Source: Bugula neritina | Lineage: Eukaryota > Animalia > Bryozoa | Direction of reading: 5' to 3' | NCBI GenBank assembly: GCA_964035545.1 | Contig: OZ037771.1 | Coordinates: 1,375,628-1,439,627 of the forward strand | DNA: 64,000 bases | Part shown: one piece after another, positions 1-13,276 of the stretch | Position numbering within the stretch: the stretch's first letter is position 1 | How the letters are laid out: every line of letters starts with the position of its first letter | The notes under the pieces: generated by a model | The model's database searches: none | What the model saw: the letters and a program-made list of their open reading frames with translations, nothing else | Told to the model about the DNA's origin: nothing | Position numbers and translations under genes: made by a program

Positions 1-36
1 TATTGTTAGATTTATTTGCTTTCGGTTTTGTCGTAG

Positions 37-3000
37 AGGTTGCTATGGCAACAGATTCTCCTCCACTGCTGTGTGGAAAGCTATCAGATACAATATGCAA
101 GCAGATCGCAAGTAAAACACTGGATGATGTTATAGCCATTCAAAGCAAATTCCATCTTCTTTTTCAAGTCAGTTCTGTTTAACATTGTGTTTCCATGACG
201 ATTTCTTGTTAATACGTAATCAATTGAAAAGTAATTAATTACGTATTATTATATTATTATATATCATTCTACGTAATTTGTAGTCTATTATTGTGATGTA
301 TAATAATATATTATGTAATCATATGTATATCAAAATAACATTATATATCACTGTCATACTACATTGATTATCACATATTATATGAAAATAATAAATACAT
401 TAACATATATTACATTAACATATTACATATATATCATAATACTTGTATCATTACGACTAGTTGCTATGCAACACTTTAGGTGCAAAGTTTCTATGCTTTT
501 TTGTAATTTTCATAGACACGCTTGGGATAGACAACTCCAACTTATATGTACCACATTGACAAACATGTGTCTCCTTGTAGTACACGTTTGGGATAGAAAA
601 TTTGTTGGACCTCGTCAAAGTAGTTCTGGGAAAACCCGAAAGTTCATTTTCTCGAGATTATGGCCGTGGCATAGTTCACACCAAGCACTTGACACGATAT
701 AAACAGGTGGGAATAACTCTTGCATCTCTTTAAGTCGATTTCAGTTTACAGCATTTCAACATCGTTTGAAATTTTTATCTTAATGTAATTGCATACTTCA
801 GGCTGAGGCTGCGGAGCTTGACATGGCTAGACAAACTTATCGAGGGGGTCAAATTGGCGCCCCCTCTCGACAAGATAAACTCCAACAAGCTGCTGACATA
901 TATCTAAGGCTAGGAAACCTGGAGAAGTACTGTCTGCTCATGGTTGAGAGTCAGCAGGTGAGTTGATGTCATGTGACCTTTGAGATGATGTCATGTGACC
1001 TTTGAGTCGACGTCACATGACCTTTGAGATGTGCGGATAATTGGCGCTCTTACTATATAAGTTTCTGGCAAGTATTTGCTAACAAATTAAAACATTTTCT
1101 AGCCTATAGACATATAATTATAAGCATATATAAGCATATAAAATGTATTTAAATAATGCAGACTGACTATTCTATTGCTGTAGTTTTAGTGATCACATAA
1201 TTCCTTTGCGTGTTTCACATATTTACAAAGGCACACAAAAACCAAAGGTAGTTCTATTATATACATTTACTACTCTGTATTTATTTGAGATTAACATAAC
1301 ATTTTGTAGTGGGAGAGAGCACTCAGTCTGGCACCAGCCGTCTCTCACAAGTTCTGGAATTCTCTTCTGAGCAGGTAATTTACCTGGATTCATTCATCAC
1401 AGTATTATGAATTATATTACGCAGTGTGGGTATGTATAGTTTGTAATTGTCTTCTCGCTTTATGAATAATTTATGTAAGAGTTGTCTTCTTAGGTACACG
1501 GAATACTTGAGAGCAAATAAACCTAGTCAAGTCCTGCCCTATCAGACAGCAATGGGTGAGACAGAGGCCTTAGTCAATTACCATTTGTCTAATGGAACGT
1601 ATAGTGATGCCCTCATGGCTGCTGTGGTTGGGTTCCACGGTTCTAAGTCTTTTTCATCTGAGAAACATTCAGCAGACGGAGCTGGTGATGATGGATTAAC
1701 AGAAATCAGGTTAGCTTTGTATATTGTCGAGTCTTTTCATAAAAACCATTCTTTTGAGCCTTTAAATCTCACAGAAGAGAATTGGGTTCTTTAAAGTATA
1801 AGCCAATTGTTTGTCACGGCTTGAGATTTTCCTTGAGTAGATGTAGTGGGTTTATCTTCACCTGATATATGAATAAAATAACTGAGTAAGCGAATGCGAA
1901 AGAGTAAACACTCTTATAGCTCATGTAGTTACAAACTTTGTCATTTCTCCTGCTTTTAGAGATTTGATGAGATTGACGACATACAAAATGGCGGAGCACT
2001 ACCAGTCGTTGGGTCAGCCTCTCTCTGCTGCCAGTACATACCTGTCAGCTGACATGGTGGAGGTAACTCCTTAAATATCTCAGCAATAGTTAGTATTTGT
2101 CCTACATTGTTTGCAGCGTGTCACATCACACTATGTGACATTGGAGATGTGGTATTCACAGCTACAGGTTAATGGGATTTGTATAAAATAATTTGAGTGC
2201 ATGTCCTAGGAGTTGTCTGTTCTCCTAGATATACATGCTGTCATCTATTTCTACCTGCCACTGTTGAAGTTTAGTTGTGAGCCTATTTATTGCACTATCT
2301 GTCATTATTTAGTAAATATTCTACACAGGAAGGAGTTGCGGCCCTTGTCAAATCACACATGGTAGAGTTGGCCTTCACCTTAGCTCTGTCCTTCAACTTG
2401 ACGCAGCTGGCTTGTGAGGCTGGAGAAATGCTTCTGTATCGATGTGACAAACTACGCAGGTAAAAACTTTGGGTATCATTACATAGATGTGTCTCATTAA
2501 ATAGCTGTGTGTACTAGCCTATACCACTTTAATTACAATCCTTGGATGTTTCTAAATTTATTCAAATTGTGTATTATATCTCGGGACATGGCGGTGGAAG
2601 GTGAGAAATTATATTTCTTTCATGCTTTTCATCTGTTGCTAAATATAAGAAGCACATGTATGATGTTTGTGATACACTCATATGAATGCAGTGGAGACAA
2701 CTTCGGGATGAATATACTGAGGACTCTCAACAGTGAAAGGCTGGCCACCAAGTTCTGCTTGTGGAATATTAGGAATCCTAACTCAGCTGGTCTTAGGAAA
2801 GCAGTAAGTCTAGTAACGTACTTATTACACTTGCGCTATATACTGACACCATACACTTACACTAAATACAATTCTGATTTACATACTTTAATCTAGTCTG
2901 GTTATCTATATACACACACAATATTGACAGGTGAATGTTGAGTCCAATGAGAAAGCTGATCAGCTCTTGAAGTTGTCTGCACATTCACCAGTCACTAAAC

Positions 3001-4705
3001 AAGTACGTCTGAAACTGCTTAGCAGTGACTCATCAGCGGGGTTAAAGATGGGAATCACCGTGATCTGCGGTAGGAGTTGTATTTTTTTGTAGCAGTATAA
3101 AATCGCTTCACATTTCACTACCACCTTCGCAACATTCACATCGCTATACTCTGTGACTGCGTTTTCATGACAGGCACATTTGTGCTTGCAATTTCCATCA
3201 ACTTATTCCATGGGTGAATGAAAAATTCATTCAAATAATGCGCATCATGGAAATGTAGTAAATGTCTAGTTTTATTTTGCTCTGCAGCCATTTTATTTGC
3301 TTTCAGATATGATGAAGAAGAAAGACTTTGTTCTCACCTCTGAAATTGAAGAAATGTTGGATTTCATGCAGTCCGTCCCTTCAGATATACTTATAGCTCA
3401 TCCTATGTATGTATGGTCTATGTTTACTAGTGAGTTAGTGTGTTGCATTGTGTGTTGTATGTACTATATGTATACAGTAGTAGTGTATGTACAGTAGTAG
3501 TGTATGTACAGTAGTAGTGTATGTACAGTAGTAGTGTATGTACTGTAGTAGTGTATGTACAGTAGTACTGTATGTACAGTAGTAGTGTATGTACAGTAGT
3601 AGTGTATGTACAGTAGTAGTGTATGTACTGTAGTAGTGTATGTACAGTAGCAGTGTAAGTACTGTAGTAGTGTATGTACAGTAGTAGTGTATGTACAGTA
3701 GTAGTGTATGTAAACTGTACATGTTACAGACTGCTGTTTGACCTGCTAACAATAAGCTGCTACATCGGTGCTCTTAAAGCAGTGCGAAAGGGATATGACA
3801 TCATCGTCAGACATCTGCTCATACTATCAGAACGCCGAATCAACTTTGACCAATCAACATGCATACCTCTCAGTGGATCTCAGATAATTAAAGACATCAA
3901 TGCGTGGGATCGAAGGCTCAGGTTCGTTTTACTATAAAGATTAGAAAATATCAAACTTTTTTGTTGATTATAACTAAACTATAATTTGTAGTTTAGAGAC
4001 AGTATTTGAACTTTCAGGTGAAGAAACTTGGCAGTGAGAGTTGATAGGAATAATGTTTATGTGTTACAGCAGTCCACAGGAGTCGTCTGACCTTCGCTCT
4101 TTATACCGGCGAGCTAGTTTCAGCCAAGACCTCCAATCCAATACTTTGTATGGTCCAATCACAACGCCCGGTTCAACATTGCCTAGCTATTCGGACAAGA
4201 ACAAGAGATCTATCATCTCTCACACTATTATCAAGGTATTGTCTTATAGCCATCATGTTGAATAGAGTTATAATATTATATAGTAAGAGACAGTCGAGAT
4301 ACGAAGTGTAAATAACGGTACCAGGTAAAAATGGCACAGCTAATAATGGCACAAATGGCAAAGCAGGTAAATTGGCACATTTTCAATATTAGGGTCTGTG
4401 GTGGTTTGGGGATGGGGGTTCGGGGTTTAAGCATTGGGGGTTTGAGTTTGGGATTTGGGAAAATTTAACATCAGTGTGCCATTTTTACCTACTTTTCCAT
4501 TTGTGCCATTATTACCTGTACCATTATTATCTAAAATCGTAAATAGCATACAACTGTGTGTTTGTAGGGTCCTGTGTATGAATTAGAAGACAATGAATCA
4601 TGTATTTCTCTTGGGGAGGCCATTATGTGGGCTCAAGTCAATCCATTCAGTCCAATCAGCTGCTCTGAGAAAGTTGCATTAGCCAATAAAATCAACCCTA
4701 TGTAA
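37..4705 (+). CDS. WDR17: WD repeat-containing protein 17, 3' exons (gene starts upstream of window)
   Basis: Spliced exons at approx. 37-167, 581-706, 802-957, 1310-1374, 1494-1709, 1960-2062, 2329-2459, 2691-2803, 2931-3070, 3308-3406, 3730-3921, 4070-4234, 4568-4705. They translate to 'AMATDSPPLLCGKLS', 'WERALSLAPAVS', 'TPGSTLPSYSD' and terminal 'GPVYELEDNESCISLGEAIMWAQVNPFSP...INPM*', which match WDR17 C-terminal motifs as I recall them (GPVFFLED..AISL..ALMWAKVNPFSP). Internal boundaries are approximate. Confidence 0.9.
3470..3712. repeat. 17-bp intronic minisatellite (TGTATGTACAGTAGTAG)n
   Basis: About 14 tandem copies visible directly; explains spurious ORF 3435-3752. Confidence 0.95.
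4316..4539. mobile_element. MITE-like foldback element in last WDR17 intron
   Basis: Imperfect ~60-bp terminal inverted arms built of GGTAAAAATGGCACA / TGTGCCATTTTTACC subrepeats, a G-rich core, and flanks TAAATAA / TAAATAG resembling a TSD. Confidence 0.7.
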
Positions 4706-7700
4706 TTATGTTGTAGACTCAGTTGTATATAACCATTCCCACATAACTCTTATTTAACTTTTTGCTATTTTAGCAAGTAATTTTAATATTAGTGCCATAG
4801 CATATTGACAAATATATTAGAAATGAAATGTTATATTTAGTAGTCAAATGATTATATTATTTTGTAAAACTTTACTTAATGGATATGCCATAAAAGTGTT
4901 GTAATCAAATTGTAAAAATTTTATTTTCTATGTTGTACAATTCCCCAAACTACAACAATTAGTGAACTAGTATGAAAATAAACTCAATGTTTTCACACAA
5001 ATTTTCTACACCTTTAATTCATTATAAACTTCAAAATACTTATCATGAAAATACAAGTTTTCATGTATATATTTAATAATTCACTTATGCATTGTCATTG
5101 CAGTTCTACGAAAAATTGTCATGAACAAGATTTATCAAATAATTAGTTAATGATGACTTTAGCTTTAACTACCTTCCCACTATTAACTTACCACTTGATA
5201 TTTGTATCATTACCTACTTCAGTCATACAAGCAGTCACAATGGCATTTCCTAGTATAATAAACAACTAACTACTGTGTAAACAACAAACTACGCTGTCTC
5301 CATTCCTTCATTGGCAGCACCAACTCTACTGGTCACAAAATAGTTGACAGGACATTAGTAGTGGTGAGCACTAAGCTGGTCATTACTGTCTCCATATATT
5401 TAGTATTGACATTGATTGACACCATTAGTTAGATGACAAGTATACCTTCTATCAACTAGGTCATTGTAAGTGAACTCATTACTGCTCTTCATGCATCTCA
5501 ATGTTTATCAGGAGATTAAATCTGAGGGGGACAAGACAATGCCCTACCTGCCGTGCTCAGACTTTATTTTTAGATTTGTTTATGAAAGCTGAATGCTAAT
5601 AGAATTCTATAAATTTTAGCTATAATTTAGCTTTCACTGCATCTGATGAATATCTTATATAGCTAAGCAAAGCTTTATTTGGTGCTGAAAATTCACGTTG
5701 CTGATGTTGATCAGAACTCTACTTGGTTATGTGTAATTTATCTCTTGATGGACTTAAATATTTGCAAACTATTTAAGAAGGTAAACATTTTATTCTAGTG
5801 TTTTCATATTTCACCTAAACTATAATATAGTGTAATTTGCAAATGTTTTTAAATAGTTTTTTCTTGGTATCACTTTTTGATGCATAGTAATCTTTTTCAT
5901 TATTAAAAGATTAACCTTATGTTTATAAATCTCTATAGTGTACAAGCATATGCATGGCATAATACATATTTCAGTATAGAAAAGGAAGGCTGGTCTATAC
6001 TATATAATATTTTTATATAACTTCATTGCTAATGTAACAAGTATATATAGCCTACATTATACAAACATTTTTTAAGAACAAAAATTAGACTGGAGAGTGA
6101 AGGTGTCCCAAACCAAAGCTTTATAGTAAAATTAAAAAACTTAGGCTATCTCAATTTCCCCAGTTCTGCCCCTAAATGTTTAGTTTATGATTAGCATTAA
6201 CCAGTATTAGAATTAGTAGTAGTACGGCTACTAATTCAGTATAAACTAAAGTAAAATTTGGTAGTACTACTACTTAAACTTTATTTTTTATTGTTATGCT
6301 TTATGGACTTAAAATAGTTTGGACTACCTTCATAATTATAATATAGATAATTATAGTTTCAGATAGTGACGGTCATATAACATCATGATCTCATCAAATC
6401 AAGTTTGTATTAAATTTAAACTGACAAAACTACTACTTGTCCTATAATTGATAACTATAATAGTTTTAGTATTGGTGTTACTAGTATTACTAGAGCTGCA
6501 GGTTGTTGACTATAGTAACCATATTTTTATAATAATAATAGTTATTGTTATTATTTGGGTTTCTTTTTATAAAACTCATGCCTTTTGAAGTTGCTAAATT
6601 TGCACACATTGTTTAACAACTTAACTTGACTTTATCCCAATCTTAATAATGTAAATAATAAAGTGTAGCATTAGCTCATTATTTAACTTGTTCTACTTTC
6701 CAAGGTATAGACTTCTGTAACCATTATATCCATTGCTTTACAATTAACAAATGATAGCTCATACAATAGATAAACTAATTTTAAAAGTTTTAGATTAATT
6801 CTTTTAGATTATCTGTTTTTATTAAATTAAGTATATTTTTATAGGTTATTGTATGTATATGACATGGGTGGGTGCTTAAAAACTCCTACTTTTGTTACAA
6901 ATGTATGATTCCTAGACTTCGTCTTTAAAGCTGTTTTTCCTCCTTTGTTTTTGCTGTAATTTTACCAGCGCCTAAACTCAGCAATTTTAATATTCTTCTC
7001 TTTTAGCAGAAGTTGCCTGCTCTTTGTCTCACTAGATATAGCTCACACTGGATGTACCCCACACACTATGTATGCAGGACAGGGAGTTAAACTAGCTAGT
7101 TAGTGGTTGTCCTCACCACACTCAGAGAATGAGTTGTTATGGTAATTTACTTTTCTATAGAATAAGTTTTGTTTCTTCTTCCTCCAAGCTATGATATATA
7201 ATAACATAGATAAACTACAGGGAGTGTTGCCTAGCTGGGAGTAGATTTACTAGCATGGGTTTGTAAATTTTGTAACAGTTTGGAACCCTTTTAATTTTTG
7301 GATTGTAAATGAGGACGTTGTTGATAATGATATTGCTATTAACAGTAAAATCAAGCTTATAGTTAAATACAGGTGGTGTTTTGTAATATTAGTGCAGCAT
7401 GCTTTCCTTAGTAATGCAACGTTAAGTTGCAGCTCAATAAAAATGAAGTATTATAAACTCAATAATTTCTTGTAATAAGTGGAATATAGTAGCTATACTA
7501 GTGGCTCACTATAGAGTATAAGATAATGACAAGGACTGTCTTGCATGCGATCGGATTCTCTATTATATTATACAGTTTATGTTCTCTGTTTTGTTGTACA
7601 GTTTATATTATCATAGGCCTATTTTGTTTATAGTTATTATTTAGTGTGTAATTATTCTACTTGGGAATGTGATTGTTTTGTAGAAGTGCTGTTTTTGATA

Positions 7701-8964
7701 GCAAAGGTGTAATAGGAGTGGTATGATAGGAATGTAAAGTCACCGAAGTTGTAAACTTTGTGGTGCTCTGTCTCGGCTATACCTTTCAAAGTAAGTTTCA
7801 TATTTCTCATTTCCTATTTCAATTATATTGTAGTGAAGGAGTATAAAGTATATATTATGTGTATTATGTGTATTATATATGAGTATCTAATGTGTATTAT
7901 ATAATCACTATTCTGGTATGTGAGATTTGATCACCATTTCTCACCGTAACTGTTTTAATACTTGTTATAATGTTAGTTTTTGCTGGTGTGAGAGTATAGA
8001 GTATATATTATGTAGTACAAAGCTGCACTATTAAAGAGGGGTATAGAGTATATATTATAAGCTACTGGATTCATTTTTAGGTAATTAAATAAATTAATAA
8101 ATCTGTCTTTCAACTTTGATGTTCAGAATCCATATCAACTTTTTTAGATTTAAGTGTGCCAGCCAAGTGAGCAAATGATGGCCGAAGAAAATACTTTCAT
8201 CTAGTAGCCATTGAGCACAGTAAGACCTCTGGAACTGTAGCAACTGCTAGAAGGCCGGCTAAAGCAATACTACCTACTCTTGACATGCTAGAAACTTCAA
8301 CAGTTGATGAACGAGCTATACAAAAGAAAAGAGTGTCAATTCATCAGCTCCAGTCCATGTATATCATGTGATTTCTCAGTGAAACAATGGTGTCTGATTC
8401 GTCTCCAACTATCTCACAAGGTTCCTGTTTCCATCCTACATTTGAATGTGCCAACAGTACAAGACATCAACTTGTGGAATGTGGATGTAGACCAAACATA
8501 TAGATAGGATCAGAGACTCTAAAGGCAAATTAAACAAAACCTGATGGGAAGTCTTATCCTTCATATTCCAGAATTGAAAGGGCTTTTAATTACAGAAGAC
8601 ACAAATTTATTTGATAATTTCAATGTCTTAAGTTTTTACAAATGTTATCTGTTTCTTTGAATTATTTTGTAATTGTATATGTTATAGGTGTTTATATAAA
8701 TATTGACGAAGTTTGTCATAGAAAATAGCTTCACTTTTTTACAAAGTTTTATAGTAATTGTGTTTATTGATGATTTATGTAGAAACTGAGTTGAAATATT
8801 ATGTTGCATATAAAAATTCATTATAACAATTGTATTTAAACAAACAAGATGGTAGGCATGGTGTAAGTTATTGCTAGAGTGAATTTTTTTGCATCAATTA
8901 TTCTAATAAAGTTGAGCTAAATGTGCAGTTGGTGAGTAGTTTTACCCAAGTTTAGACTAAGTTC

Positions 8965-9550
8965 CATCCACTTTCAAGGTAATAATTAAATATGGCTCCT
9001 CTTACTTCCATGGTAACTAAATAAAGCCACGCCCACTTTTAGGGTAATTAAATATGGCTACCCCTAATTGCAGGGTAATTAAATATGGCTACTCCTACTT
9101 CTATGGTAACTAAATAAAGCCACGCCCACTTTTAGGGTAATTAAATATGGCTCCTCCCACTTTCAGGATAATTAAATATGGCTACCCCTAATTGCAGGGT
9201 AATTAAATATGGCTACTTCTACTTCCAGGGTAATTAAATATGGCTCCTCCCACTTCCAGGGTAATTAAATATGGCTCCTCCCACTTTCAGGATAATTAAA
9301 TATGGCTACCCCTAATTGCAGGTTAATTAAATATGGCTACTTCTACTTCCAGGGTAATTAAATATGGCTCCTCCCACTTTCAGGGTAATTAAATATGGCT
9401 ACTCCTACTTCCAGGGTAATTAAATAAAGCCACGCCCACTTCTAGGGTAATTAAATATGGCTACCCCTACTTGCAGGGTAATTAAATCAAGCCACACCCA
9501 CTTTTAGGGTAATTAAACATGGCTACTCCTATTTTTAGGGTAATTAAATA
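8965..9550. repeat. 31-32-bp minisatellite (AGGGTAATTAAATATGGCTCCTCCCACTTCC-like)
   Basis: About 18 degenerate tandem units. Confidence 0.95.
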
Positions 9551-10349
9551 GAGTCCAACTGTTTAGTTCTACAAGTCAAGTCATATTTCTAGTTGCTTCT
9601 GCAAATATTGAAGTTATCTACTCAACACAGCAACTGTAATAGATTTACTCAATGTACACTAGAAGCTATTTCAATCTTCAATGAAGTTTATTTTGTTTCT
9701 TTAGAAAAATTTACATTGAACTGAGTTAAGAAATGTATAATAAAACAATAATTATAATAAACAGTAAAATTTTGAAACCAAGTTGGAAATAAGATCAACA
9801 GCATTGATTGAAGCATAACAGGTTAAAGCGGCATTAGCTAACCATACAACAAGTAATATAACTAAACTATTACTGAATAAAATTGAAACACTACTATATA
9901 CTATTACAAAACAATTAGTTTGACATTTAGCAAGAATATAACAATTATAAGAACATGTCTGCTTAAAACCAGGCTTAATAAAGTTTCTCAGCTCAAAGAT
10001 ACTAGTTGGCATAGCTAAGTAATATGCTTCAGCTGGCTCTGTGTTATATAAGGTATGCTTTCCTTGAAAGTTGAGTTGTTTCTGTCATATTGCTGTTTGT
10101 TTAGTACATCCAAGAAGAGAGTTCTAAACTATAATAGAATATCATAAACATTAAAGACTCATGTCAACATCAATATAGAACTTTATTTAATATGATAAAT
10201 ATCTAAAGCGTGATGCAGTGACTTATATAATAAATTATAGATGCCACGAAAAATACCTCTTACTATAGTAAACATACCCATACTTTAGTATAATAGATAG
10301 AGATGAAAATCTTAATTCTTATTGTAGTCAATATATGCTATTACACTCC

Positions 10350-11503
10350 TTAGTATAATCAATATACACACCTGAGTATAGTAAACATACACATCGTAGT
10401 ATAGTAAATATACACACCTTAGTATAGTAAATATACACACCTTAGTATAGTAAATATACATATCTTAGTATAGTAAATATACACATCTTAGTACAGTAAA
10501 TATACACATCTTAGTATAGTAAATATACACATCTTAGTATAGTAAATATACACACCTTAGTATAGTAAATATACACACCTTAGTATAGTAAATATACACA
10601 CCTTAGTATAGTAAATATACACACCTTAGTATAGCAAATATACATATTTTAGTATAGTAAATATACATTCCTTAGTATAGTAAATATACACATCTTAGTA
10701 TAGCAAATATACATATTTTAGTATAATAAATATACATATCTTAGTATAGCAAATATACATATTTTAGTATAATAAATATACATATCTTAGTATAGCAAAT
10801 ATACAGACCTTAGTATAGCAAATATACATATTTTAGTATAGTAAATATACACATCTTAGTATAGTAAATATACACACCTTAGTATAGTAAATATACACAT
10901 CTTAGTATAGTAAATATACAGACCTTATTATAGTAAATATACACACCTTAGTATAGTAAATATACACATCTTAGTACAGTAAATATACACACCTTAGTAT
11001 AGTAAATATACACACCTTAGTATAGTAAATATACACATCTTAGTATATTAAATATACACATCCTAGTATAGTAAATATACACACCTTAGTACAGTAAATA
11101 TACACACCTTAGTATAGTAAATATACACACCTTAGTATAGTAAATATACACATCTTAGTACAGTAAATATACACACCTTAGTATAGTAAATATACACACC
11201 TTAGTATAGTAAATATACACATCTTAGTATATTAAATATACACATCTTAGTATAGTAAATATACACACCTTAGTATAGTATATATACACACCTTAGTATA
11301 GTAAATATACACACCTTAGTATAGTAAATATACACATCTTAGTATATTAAATATACACATCCTAGTATAGTAAATATACACACCTTAGTACAGTAAATAT
11401 ACACATCTTAGTATAGTAGATATACACACCTTAGTATAGTAAATATACACACCTTAGTATAGTAAATATACACACCTTAGTATAGTAAATATACATACCT
11501 TAG
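10350..11503. repeat. 23-bp minisatellite (TAGTATAGTAAATATACACACCT)n
   Basis: About 50 tandem units over ~1.15 kb. Confidence 0.97.
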
Positions 11504-13276
11504 GGTATTAAGTTGTACAGATTTTACATATCCTGAGATCAGACAAGGTGAAGGTCACAACCGCTAAAAGAAATGAGTCAGGTAGTTGTATCAGGCTGGT
11601 AATCCGTAAGGTTTATAGGCACTTGTTACAAACTAATAACTTATATATAAAGATATAGAAATCAAAGGCATTTACAGCTCTTGTAAGTCTCCATTCTACA
11701 ACCAATGAATTAGAACTGAACTAGAACTTAGATACTTATAATCCAATGGCTACAAAATGCAAGTCAGTTACAATCAGACTGAGCAAGCTTAATACTGTCC
11801 CAGTCAGTGTACCACCTTCCAGTTACAAAATACTATTAGACAACAGCTTTGGCTTTATAAGCACAGGTTGGCTTTTATTGTTTGAAACAGCTGAAAGCTT
11901 AGCTATTATTCTAATGTAGCTATACTTATATATACTATAACTATGTACTATAACTGTTAGCAATGACAAATAAAATGTTGCGTATATTAATAAAAACTCA
12001 AGAAAGAGAATCTGATATACTCCCAGCCTTGTTTTCCTTCCACACATAAGCAAGCTGTAAACTTACAGGTTTTAATTATATATAGAAGTTCTGAAGCATT
12101 AAGCAATAAACTGACAAAATAGCAATAAGTTATAATTTAGAAAATTTGAATTTAGATAAAATGAGGTTAGGTATAATTTATAAGGAACAGGTTGAACAGC
12201 TCCAAAATCAAACAATTTGTTTCAATGAAGACAATGATCTTATCAACATGAAAGTCTCATACTTTATTTCCTTTCTTCACAACCAAATTGTGTACAATAT
12301 GCAGACAAACAAGGAAACGGGGCTGACTTACCACTTTCTTCTAATTGTGCAGGACACTGGCTAATATTTTAATTTCAATGCATTCTTTAAGATTAACTTT
12401 ACTTTAAATGCAATTATCTCATTGCATGCATGTTGCAGATGTACACTAAAGACTACTAAGATGGGGCATAAAGTATGACATCAAAACCGACAGATTGTCA
12501 ATAGATGAGCTCTTCATCAAACTGGGTGTATAGAGCTGCCACATGGGAGCCCAGTAGTTATAAATAATAGTTCATCGTAATTTTATAATATAACTTATAT
12601 GTAAAAATAATGTTTCATATTTGCAGACAGTTTAAAAATCAGTTTAGATAGTTCAAGAATTAGTCTAGAATGGATTTTTTGAGTATCTCAAAGCACTAAA
12701 GATTGTAGACTACAACAAATAAGAGAGTTGCATCATTATTGATTCATCATAGTAATCTCTGTCACTTGTTGTGTATATTAATATAGGTGTAATTGCTGGG
12801 GTTGCATTTCATAATAGACTAGAAGCTAATCCCACACTAATCTGATTATTATTAATCATCACCAGAAGGTAACAATCTCCAGAAGTTGAGAAACTCCTCC
12901 GCAAACCATCCAATTACTCATCAGTGAAGATTATATTTTGAAATTTCCATTCCGCAATCAATTAGAATATTTCCTGCCAATATACGATTTCAACGCATTT
13001 ACTTGTAGTTAATGAGTTTTGTTACTGCCTTCTACGAGCTAGCACAGCTTAGCATGCTAATTTGGCATAGACTCAGGTCTATTCATTTTTCTTGCTGATA
13101 ATTGGGTGACTAGTGGGCCCACCCGTAATGCTAGAAATAATTCTGAAACTAGAGTACTTCTGCTAAACGTACCAGCTCCTGGTGGTAAAGGTGGCACTGC
13201 AAAGTATTGGTGCTCATAGATATACAGGCACTTGCTATATCATTTCACTCTTGATCCTGACAGCTACTAAGGCACC

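Noticed and set aside
5642-5690. Other CTGATGA occurrences as hammerheads (also 28393, 32604)
   Set aside because: No paired stem II followed by GAAA and no stems I/III.
8175-8500. Selenocysteine or readthrough at the single in-frame TGA
   Set aside because: No recognisable protein family and no SECIS evident.
8965-11503. Regular repeat arrays resembling CRISPR
   Set aside because: Units are head-to-tail with no unique spacers, there are no cas genes, and the context is eukaryotic; these are minisatellites (same for 29590-30310 and 62697-62998).
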